NCBI GenBank assembly: GCA_002269645.1
Contig: NIVC01000876.1
Coordinates: 124,001-188,000 of the forward strand
Direction: 5' to 3'
Length of the DNA stretch: 64,000 nt
Origin: Macrostomum lignano
Lineage: Eukaryota
Made by a program: the position numbers and the translations under genes. The notes under the pieces are model-generated. The model was given only the letters and a program-made list of their open reading frames with translations, was not told the origin of the DNA and ran no database searches. Below are positions 36,101-46,200 of this stretch, piece after piece. The first letter of the stretch is position 1. Each line of letters begins with the position of its first letter.

Positions 36101-39100
36101 CTTGCGAGAGTCCAAGTGCTTTCCTTTGAGATTCTTCTTGATATCTTCGAGAAGAGGAAGAAGTCCGCTAAGAAGTCTTTGGCCGCTCCTGACATAACAA
36201 AATGGGAAGAGGTGAAAGCAATGAACAAGAACACGGTCATGCCAAGGGACCAAACAGGACGGCAAACAGAGAACAGATACTGCACCATCTGCAACAGAGA
36301 GTTCAAGACTCACACGGGACTGAAGATACACAACACCAGGATGCATCAAGAACAGAGACAAGAGGAGAAGAAGTTCCCAAGATGCGGAGACATCCTAAAC
36401 AACAAGGCCAGCGAGACGAACCACCTTTAGATCTGTAAAGGCGCCCTGAAAGGGACATGCCCGTACTGTCTCCAGCCCAGGAGCGCCAGCAACATGGCGA
36501 GGCACATACGCAACTGTGCGCAGTATAATGACCTACAAACAGGGTACCAACAAGAAGAAGAGGACCAAGACGCCTACACGACGGACAGGCCTGAACCAAC
36601 CGACGCACCGAGAAGAGCGAAGATTGCTTGCCCGGGCTGCAGCAAGAGCATCTCGAAGACAAATATAGCAAGACACCGGAAAGTCTGCACCGCGGAACCG
36701 ACTCAAAGCCAATGAGTGGCATGCCTCATAGGAGGTCGAATTGCCATATAAGGACAAGGACAAGGCCGCTCCTGAGAGAGTAACTTCAGCACCTGCGGTG
36801 AGCAGACACCTGAGTACCAGTTACCAGTCACTGTGGCACCTTCCTCGAATAGGATGGGTAGCAGAATGCCACACCGCATGCTGCCAAGACCTTGCCGACA
36901 CTCGTAGGAATTTGACGGGGGCATCCTCTTCGAAGGCGATCCCCTGCCTGCTCTGGAATTTTGTCTCTGGGAAGTACACCCATGTTTCATCACCTGTCAG
37001 GATGTTGTCCACCAATAATTTCGAAGCCCCCTTGTCAAATTTATTGAGCATGAAGGTTGCGAACTCAATATGAACTTGCATCTGGGTTGGGTTCAGGTGA
37101 TGGTTACCCAGCGCCCAGATACTTTCACTCGTCGATCTTCCTCAATTAGCCACTGCTGCCTCCTGACCAACTTGTATACCATTGTATGGGATGAGGCTTC
37201 ATCACTCAGGGCTTGTTGAAGCAGTGTCTGCATGCATTCGGAGGCAGACTGGCCAAGTCGAAACTGGACAAGAATTGCGACTCCTCTGTCACACATGGTC
37301 AATCAAGTGCAGTAAAGATTATTAAGTTGCATCACTTTTCAGCCACTGCATCGCAGAATCTCAGTCAAAGATGCTGAAAATCTACATGAAATGTTTTAAC
37401 ATTGTATGAAATAAACAAACTTCAGTATATTTGCATGGAAAGGAGATTCATTTTTCGCGAACTTATTAAGCAGCTCTTGTACAAGTAATTTAGGACTGTG
37501 TGAAATGTATCTATTATAATGATGGAGTATGTAAAAAACAGAATGTATTCATATTTCTCTGCATTTCTGTATATATCTTTGTATTTTATGGAGCTGGTTT
37601 CAATTTTAACTCGATTTTTACCTAGCTATAAGAAACATTCATGTACTAGAACAAACTCCTAGATGCATAAAAAAGATTTTTTTTGGGGCTCTTGAAACTC
37701 CCCACCTTTGTCAAGCTGATATGGGGTAGATACACCAAGCTTGCCAGTTTGCTAAGCTAGGGGAGGGGTTTGGCAGTCTATCCAAGGTTTTTTATTTTTT
37801 GGGCCATATGGGGTTTTTTTATCCCTTGAAAATCGCATTGGCAACTGGATTTTTGGCATCAGAGGCCAATCTGGCAACTTCATTTCCTTGTGCTAGTTGC
37901 CACTTTTAGAAAATTATTTTGCAAGTGTAATAAAAGTGCCATATGAATCTAAGTTGTGGCAAATACTAAGTTGCAAAAATTGACAATGTCAATAACAAGT
38001 CCTAGACAAGACTCATTCCTATAGTCATACAGTGCAGTGCATACATGTTTAATGAGCCTCTGAAACATACATGCACAACCCCCCTGATTTACACTGGCCA
38101 TGCGACTTACTTTTTGACCAAAAATGCAACTTACCTGTGAAAAAAACCCTAAAGCAAAATTTTTACATAAAATATTATTTTTATAGTTCCTAGTGAAGAA
38201 TATATTCCAATCAAAAATAAACTTTACTATTTTGTTCTAGGCCTACTAATTATTTCTATTTTTTCAAATGGTACAGAACAGGTTTTATTCTGCAGAATTT
38301 ATTTGCTTGTTGCATTGTTTTTGTGCTTGTTAATTATACAATATTATTAGTATACAAATTCATTAGAACACTTAATTGGATACTTTATTGGTCTACACTT
38401 TATTAGATAGCTAAATACTTTCTAGAATACCTATGGAATACCAGACTCCAGAAGGTTACAAGTACGCCAGAAAATTCCAGCATAAAAATGACCCCTTTCA
38501 AAGTTGGTGTACAAATTTTGGCCTACAAACAAAGTCTTACCATTTTTGGTATACAAACTTTGGCCTACAAACTCATGCTGTATGACTTGTGCCTGAAATT
38601 TTTAATGTAAATTTATGTAATTTACGTAAAAAAATTCAAGAACTATTTCAAAATAAGTTTAAATTTCTTTTCATTTCTATTTCTAGATGACTAAAAGAAG
38701 ATGACTGAGTAATATTACTTAATTCAGATTTAACTATTGTCTTACGCTTTTTTAACCTAAATGACCTTTTTAGAAGAAATTTTGATGTATATATTAGGGG
38801 AATTGTTACCCTTTTTGGAGTACACTGCTGTATACTTAGATGAGCTAGGATTATTGTTCTGGTATACATTACTATACAATCTAGACCTTGGATAGAATAT
38901 AGGTATATGTTATTAACATAGTCTAGTATAGAAAAATAGGGCATCTAGTGGATTAGGGGTTGGATCTACTAGTTTTATAAAGTTTAGTTAATGATTAATA
39001 AGGGCATGGTTAGGCAGCTTCATAGGAATTTTTAAAAAGCCACACTTAGAGACATGGCAACTGTGTCTATAATGCAAAAACCTAGACACAGTGGCCATGT

Positions 39101-40072
39101 CTCTAATAGTGACTAGGTCTATACTTATAGACACAAGTATCTATAAGTATTTGCATTATAAACATAGTACCATGTCTATAAGTATAGACCTAGGGCCTAG
39201 TAACTATTGAAGACATGGCTACCATGTCAATGAAACTTGCATGGCAGCCATGTCATTAGGCCTAATATTGAATGGGTTGACACTTAAAGACACAGTAGGT
39301 GGCCATGTTATTAATATAAAATAGGTTCACACTTAGACACGGTAGGTAGCTATGTCTAATATAGGAACTTATAGGCATGGCTGCCATGCTATGTATATAA
39401 TCATTGATTGGATGAAAAGATTGATCAACTGAAAGTTAGAGTTTTTTAAATGAAATTTAATTTAATTTTTAAGAATAACACAAAATCATTGCAATTGTCT
39501 TATCCATTAAGCTATTGCCACTATTTGATTGTGAGAGAGGCTTAGAATGTGTTTTATATTGATGATTATAGCCATGCCTAAAAGCTCAAATATTATAGAC
39601 ATGGCCACCATGTCTATAAGTACTTCATTTAAAAAGTAAAAGGAACTACAGAATGGCAACTCATAGCCTGAGTCATAGGCCTTTGTCAAAATATATCAGT
39701 AGACCTACAATCTGTAAGAAAAAAATCTTATAGCTACTTGACAAATGGGCACACAGAGGGCTAGCCTGCCATACATTGTGACTATGCCCCCTATGGTTTT
39801 AATATGGCTAGGAGAAAACAATATGTTGTGATCACATTGACATGCAAAGAATTTTATAGTTTCTTACCATATAAAATAGCCAGACCAGTTTCATGAATAA
39901 ACCGAAATCGTCGATGCTTAAAAAGCCATACAGTAAGGATAGTGACAATCAGTAAACCCAGATACAAAAGAAGAGTCATGCTATCTGAAACATGATTAAT
40001 TTGAACTCTTGATTCCTGGGAGGTTTCAATGCTTTTATCTATGCTTGTCTCTTTAGACGACTTAGAAGACAT
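27199..40072 (-). CDS. SLC9A6: Organellar/endosomal Na+/H+ exchanger (SLC9A6/7/9, NHE6-like), 9 exons, 648 aa
   Basis: Exons 40072-39868, 34184-33889, 32479-32403, 30498-30395, 30304-30042, 29125-28560, 28284-28224, 28139-28072 and 27505-27199, all GT-AG and in phase (1947 nt). Motifs: [75 protein letters not shown]. Which of SLC9A6/7/9 it matches cannot be resolved. Confidence 0.95.
27538..28047. repeat. 31-bp minisatellite (about 16 copies) in NHE intron 8
   Basis: Unit GGCAGATTCTCAAGGACTGAGG(C/G)AGCGGAGA. Confidence 0.95.
29230..30010. repeat. Compound minisatellite in NHE intron 5 (35/37-bp units grading into 33-bp units)
   Basis: Shared core CAGTGGGATCAG; the left block has TAGCCTTATTCTCCCGAAATCCTCA and the right block has AGATGACTTATAGAAATCCCA. 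Confidence 0.93.
30768..32312. repeat. 27-bp minisatellite (about 54 copies) in NHE intron 3
   Basis: Unit TCTATATGGGGATCAGGGATGAGGGAG, with captured copies of flanking sequence at about 31415 and 31616. Confidence 0.97.
32615..33880. repeat. 22-bp minisatellite with alternating A/B units (44-bp dimer) in NHE intron 2
   Basis: TTGGGGACGTCATGAAGGGACA alternates with TTGGAAACATCATGAAGGCACA. Confidence 0.95.
35391..35672 (+). CDS. Small secreted cysteine-rich protein (93 aa), nested antisense in NHE intron 1
   Basis: GC3-rich [19 protein letters not shown] (signal peptide) + acidic segment + six-Cys region. A canonical 5'UTR intron GTAAGT..CACAG (35336-35389) ends one base before the ATG. Confidence 0.8.
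   Translation: MKAVIALLCLVAVASAAYTPAQREEVLDDLVHEIVPFLSVDWNCVKNAGISSSMCILKNLISCGVAIKPPLIAVCLVASCGGDAAKLAYCIKL
35893..37479 (-). mobile_element. Degenerate mariner transposon, interrupted by a LINE at 36193-36763
   Basis: Imperfect TIRs (..TTCAATAAGTTCGCGAAAAA / TTTTTCGCGAACTTATTAAGCAGCTCTTG) with TA flanks. Minus-strand fragments: HTH ([19 protein letters not shown]), [28 protein letters not shown], and C-terminal IKKNLKGKH. Confidence 0.85.
36193..36763 (+). mobile_element. 5'-truncated non-LTR retrotransposon with C-terminal tandem zinc fingers
   Basis: Perfect 12-bp TSD GGCCGCTCCTGA (36181-36192, 36764-36775). It encodes [42 protein letters not shown] and [20 protein letters not shown], then a stop at 36713-36715, a short hairpin-forming 3'UTR and a (GGACAA)2 tail. 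Confidence 0.75.
38470..38650. repeat. Old interspersed repeat copy (paralog at about 52360-52520)
   Basis: AAATGACCCCTTTCAAAGTTGGTGTACAAATTTTGGCCTACAAA versus AAATGACCCCTTTCAAAGTCGGTATACAAATTTTGGCATACAAA. Confidence 0.7.
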
Positions 40073-41724
40073 AGTTGAATTTTATCACGTCTGACGGTCT
40101 GTCTTTAAATCAAAGAATGTTGCGATTTTAGCATTGATCAAATTTTTGAGCAATAGAAAACAATTTAAACAATACGTAGGGGATAGAGCGACACTGCAAC
40201 GTTCGTTAACCCCTTAACCGCTTCTTTCGCGTTTCAACTTTTTGATTTCCAAGAAGCATACTTGAATATTGATCAGATTTAACAAAAATTGAAGTCTAAG
40301 AGAAATATGAAAATTTTTTGCATCCAGCGTATACGAAAATATTTGAATATAAAAAGCTTTTACATCACTTTTCATAATCCTCTTTTTCTTGAAAAACATG
40401 CCAGCTCATTCTCCCCATCCAAACGCTACTTTTAAAATTACCCTACACTACTCTTACTCATGAGCAACATACGAAAATGTCTCCGACATTGCTGCACTAA
40501 GTTTTAGTATTTTAATATGGAAATAAAATGACTATTTTCCTCAAGTGGCCCATAAATAAAGTATATCAGGCCACCGGTTACGATATTTTTAAGGTACACT
40601 GCAAGTTTTTGGACTAAGCTGCCGTGAATTTGCAGAGGTAATAATGAGGAATTTTACAAAATTCAGTGTATGACTGTACTCATAACAAAAGATCAAGACA
40701 ATTAAGTACATTTAAATAACTGGTTATGGATAAAAGTGACGATTAGATTAGACATATGAATTCGTGTGCAGGAAAAAGTGATCCCAGCTCATAACTAACG
40801 TTTATTAAACTTTGTTAGCTGACGGTGTCGGTTGGAAAATGATAACATATTTGCTTGAACCGATCTGGCACTTTTATTATTAAAGTTTTAGTCGCAAGCT
40901 AGACGCTGTCATGTCTACCATGGTATATCATTGTGTAGATTAAGCAGACTGCGCGAGACAAGCAAGTCCGCATATTGCAAATTATTTTCCTGCCATTAAT
41001 ACATTACATCGCACTATACAGACACTTATACAGAAGCAACATAATATTAATAAAATGGCTACATAGGCTTGCCAGTGTCAAAAAAAATTAATTATAGCCT
41101 AAGATCAGGTGCGCATGCAGAAAAACTGCATTTACGCCGATAAAGTTGCACACAACAAACATCGGTGCATACTAAACACGCCTTATTTACAGAGCGTCCT
41201 TAAAGAATCAGGTCAGTTCAGGACAAGACGAAGATTAAAAGAGAAAAAAGACAGGTTATGGCTTAGTGTGCACATAGAGACATGCACTAACACGCACAAG
41301 TATGATATAATAAAACTTAATAACGCGGGCATTTAAGACAGACGGAAAAAAAAGCAAAATTCGACAGAAGCAAAAGTTGAAGCGTGTAAAAACGGTTGCC
41401 AAAGCATTCGATGAACAAAAAAATTTAGTCTGACCAAAAACAACAAAGACAAAATCCGAGACGCAGTAAATATCAGTGTGTGAGTCGCTAAAGTACACTG
41501 TCACGATTCGTGCGGAACAATGCAGATTGATGAAACAAACTGTGGGGGGGGAAGCTGATGCTGGCTGGGTCCAAGGAACCAGCAGGTGCTAAAATAGATC
41601 ATAATAGTAGTTTCAGCGAATTCAGAAGCTTGCAAGTGGAGCCCGACTCTGAGGACTCCTGTTGTCTTTTTCATCTGGGAATTAATTAACTTGCATTCAA
41701 GCAAAACTGAGTTGCACAAAGCTG

Positions 41725-42295
41725 GGTCAGCCAGCAACTGAGAATATGGTAGACTGGCCCAGCAACTAAGAATCTGAGGGCTGGCCCAGCAACTGAGGAT
41801 CTTGGAGGCTGGCCCAGCAACTGACACTCTGGGAGGCTGGCCCAGCAACTGAGGATCTTGGAGGCTGGCCCAGCAACTGAGGATCTGGAAGGCTGGCCCA
41901 GCAACTGGGGATCTTGGAGGCTGGCCCAGCAACTGAGAATCTGAGGGCTGGCCCAGCAACTGAGGATCTTGGAGGCTGGCCCAGCAACTGAGGATCTGGG
42001 AGGCTGGCCCAGCAACTGAGGATCTGGGAGGCTGGCCCAGCAACTGGGGATCTTGGAGGCTGGCTCAGCAACTGAGGATCTGGGAGGCTGGCCAAGCAAG
42101 TGGGGATTTGCGAGGCTGGCCCAGCAACTGAGGATCTGCGAGGCTGGCCCAGCAACTGAGGATCTGGGAGGATGGCCCAGCAACTAAAAAATCTGGAAGG
42201 CTGGCCCAGCAACTGACACACTTGGAGGCTGGCCCAGCAACTGACACACTCGGAGGCTGGCCCAGCAACTGACACTCTGGGAGGCTGGCGCTAGA
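41725..42295 (-). repeat. 28-bp minisatellite, third locus of the same family (about 20 copies, more diverged)
   Basis: CAGCAACTGAGGATCT(G/T)GGAGGCTGGCC units. Confidence 0.93.
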
Positions 42296-43292
42296 CCAAT
42301 CCAATAATAAGTAGTGCGCTCAGAGAAGCCGGCCAGAATCCATGACAAAGTTATTCAGTTGCTAAGCAAAAGCCCGCTGGTTGATCTGTCCAATAGTGCA
42401 GTTCTGCCTCACCAGAGTAAGAGCCCAAGCAGAGGAGCTGGCAATATAGAGGCCAACAGAGTTTAAGGATATTGACAGTCAGGAAAGTCGGTGGCTCACA
42501 AAAAGGAACTATCATTAGTTAATAATATGCCGATACACCGGTACGTTGAGTGTGCAGGTGTTTCAACATACCGTAGCGAGGTCCTGATAAATGTATAAAA
42601 ACTTAGAATGCACAACATCGAATAACACAAATCATGAATATGTTTTCACAAATAAACTGAATTTTTTTAAAACTTATGATCAGTCTCGGATATGAATATG
42701 AAATTAGCGGCGGAATTGTTTAACTGACAGAGAGATCAGACACGGGGGCGGCACGGGGGTATTAATAATTTATAAGTTAATAACAGCATATCAAATACCC
42801 GAACGAATAGGCAAACACAACACGCAAAGTCGAAGGCTGCTGGGGCCTATCAGTAAGACATGAATAAAAGCAGGGGGACAAGCAAGAAAATTGAGAAAAG
42901 CAACAACGGCAAAGTTCGGTATACGCGTCAATAATTGATAGGAACAGTGAATGCACAGTAATAAAAATTGGGCAATAATAAATTCACAAGAAGCTGCTTT
43001 TAGATTTCTAAAGTATAAAAACGCTTGTGAATTTTCTAATATTCGCACTCTGCGCCACCTGACTCGCAGCGGGTTGGGAGATTGTTTGTTTTAAAAAACA
43101 TTTGGTTCAAATTCGCGCCAAATGTTCGTAAAATCATTCCGGGTTGCTTTTAATCACTTTCCCGGTTTTATTGCTTTGTATGGCGCCAATTTAAACTGAC
43201 AAATTAACTCTACTTTAGTAAAACAAGTTTAAGAACTAAAACTAAGCCAGAGGGTTTAGTTAACAAGCAAGGGTTAAACTAGGCATCACAGG

Positions 43293-46200
43293 TCACTGCT
43301 GCCCGAACCCATATTCCGTGTCTATGCCCGGATGGCCCTCCTTCTTGAACAGGCGCTCGGATTCCTCCTGCATCGATTCTTTGATCTTTTGAATGGCGGC
43401 GCTGTCGTTCTGGTCCTGCGGCCCGGGCGGGCCGGAGGGCGGCGGCGGGCCGCCCATGCCAGGGTGGGACTGCATGGCCTGCGACTGCTGCATGTGCATG
43501 TGCGGCTCCGTGTAGTGCAGGTACTCGCTGACCGGCGGCGGGCCCGGCGGCATCCCCGGGTGAGGACTACTGGACGGGCCGCCGCCACCGCCAGGGCCGC
43601 CGCCAGGGCCGCCGCCGGGGCCGCCGCCGCCCCCTCCGGCGCCGCCTCCGCCACCGCCGCCGTTCATCAGGTGACCGCCGGGCGGCATGTCGGACGGCAT
43701 CATCTGCGAGCCGTCGTGCATGTACGGCGGCCCGTGGTGCCCCATCGGCGGCACGTTCATCTGGCGCGGCTGCGGCGGCCCGTACATGGACTCGCCGCTA
43801 GCCGTGGAGTCCTGCGGCGAGGGCATCACGCCAGGCGTGCCCGGTCCCGGCGGGGGCCGCCGCTGTAGGGCGAGGGCGAGGGCGCAGAGTACGGCCCTGA
43901 GCTGGGCGGCGGCGCCCCGCCCATGGGGTTCCAGCCGGGCCGGGGGCCGCCGCGGTACATGGGGTTGGGCGGCGGCAGTCTGGGCGGCATGCCGGGTCCT
44001 CCACCTGGTGGGCCGCCGGCGCCTCCGCCGCGCTGCATGCCGGGGGGCACCGGGCCGCCGCGGATGTCGACCGGGCCCATCGGGGGCTGCGGGCCCCCGC
44101 CAGCGCCGCCGCCGCCGGGACCGGGCGGACCGCCGGGGAAGAAATCGGACGGCGGCATCGGCGAAGGCCCGCCAGCCTGGGGATTCGGGTGCGGCGGCAT
44201 GCCGGGCGGGAAGCCGGTGTTCACGAAGCCCTGCAGGTCAGGGTGCGCGGGCGGCATGGCTGCTGGCTTTTTGCTGATTCACATGTGAGATTAGAGCTGA
44301 CTCTCATGTGAGATTAGAGCTGACTCTCATGTGAGATTAGAGCTGATTCACATGTGAGATTAGAGTTGATTCTCATGTGAGATTAGAGCTGATTCCCATG
44401 AGTTTAGAGCTGATTCTCATGTGAGATTAGAGCTGACTCTCATGTGAGATTAGAGCTGACTCTCATGTGAGATTAGAGCTGATTCACATGTGAGATTAGA
44501 GCTGATTCACATGTGAGATTAGAGCTGATTCACATGTGAGATTAGAGCTGACTCGCATGTGAGATTAGAGCTGATTTACATGTGAGATTAGAGCTGATTC
44601 ACATGTGAGATTAGAGCTGATTCCCATGAGTTTAGAGCTGATTCTCATGTGAGATTAGAGCTGACTCTCATGTGAGATTAGAGCTGACTCTCATGTGAGA
44701 TTAGAGCTGATTCACATGTGAGATTAGAGTTGATTCTCATGTGAGATTAGAGCTGATTCCCATGAGTTTAGAGCTGATTCTCATGCGAGATTAGAGCTGA
44801 CTCTCATGTGAGATTAGAGCTAATTCCCATGTGAGGTTAGAGCTAATTCCCATGTGAGATTAGAGTTGATTCTCATGTGAGATTAGAGCTGATTCTCATG
44901 TGAATTTAGAGCTGATTCACATGTGAGATTAGAGCTGATTCCCATGTGAATTCAGAGGTGATTCCAATGCGAGTTCAATTTTCTTGTCGGCACAAACCCG
45001 CACTCACATAGTCGTGAAAGGCCTTGGCCTCGCTGGTGTGCTCGCAGGTGTCCCGACGCTCAGGCGCGGCGCTGTACAGATCCCAAAACACACTGCAAGG
45101 CAGTTCATACAGTTAAAGGCAATATGCACTAGGGACCCATAATCAATTGCAGCGGACACTGAATGCGACAGCTGAACTCACCACCACCAGGAGCAGAGGA
45201 AGCCAGGCGGCTCGCCCAGCGTGATATTTTTCTCCCAACGAATCTCTGACAGAAAGGTTTGAGCAGCCTTGGAGGCGCCGATGTGGACCAGGTACTCGTA
45301 CACGTACAGAGCCAGCCTACAAGCAGTTGCAGACATTTATTGCATTAACATTTCAAGGGGTCATTGCTATTAAGAAAGACGCACCAGTGACATAAAACTC
45401 TTCAATCTGCTACTTAACAGAAAAGGCAAACTTAGAATAACAGTTAACTACTTTGATGACAGGATTTGATGGTGTTGATTTTCGTAAAAAGAAATAATCA
45501 AAGCAAAGCACAAATGTTCTGTATTTTCAGATAAATTGTTCCTCTTTAAAATTAAATTCAAATTTGCATTTCTTAGATCCTCAATTTTCTTTCCCTATGC
45601 CTTTTTTCTTCTAATTAGCTTTGACTCTTACTTAAACCCTTTCTTAAATTATCTTTTTATCAAGCTTTAATCTTGTTAAATATTGTGTCTGTTTTATTAG
45701 TTGCATTAAACCATTTTTTTGAAAAAGCTTTCTTTGATTGACACTTAAGCTCTGTGTTATCTATATACTAAACCTGACTTCCTATTTTTTATACATAACT
45801 GTGTATACTAATGTTCGACCTTAAAAATTCTATATACTGAATATATGCCAAGATTGTCAATGATGGGCAAAGATATGCTAAAATTTTTTAGCACAAAGGC
45901 CACCTTCTAGACTATGGTGCAGGTGCCATAGTCTAGAGGATACATTAAGATACATTGGAAAAAAGAGAATGTTTCATAATTTTACACAAAATTTTCTTTA
46001 AAAACTTATTTGACTTTGCAAGTGAATTTTGTAAGAAGTCCTTATAAATAGTGACGGATTGAAATTATTTTTTTGTATTGAAAGAAATTGAAATCCAAAT
46101 TTTTGGTTCTTTAGAATTAAAACTAAAATTGAAATTAAACTCAAAATGTTATTCAGTTAAACAATTTTTTTAATTTTCACTAATCATGCAAAAAAGTTTA

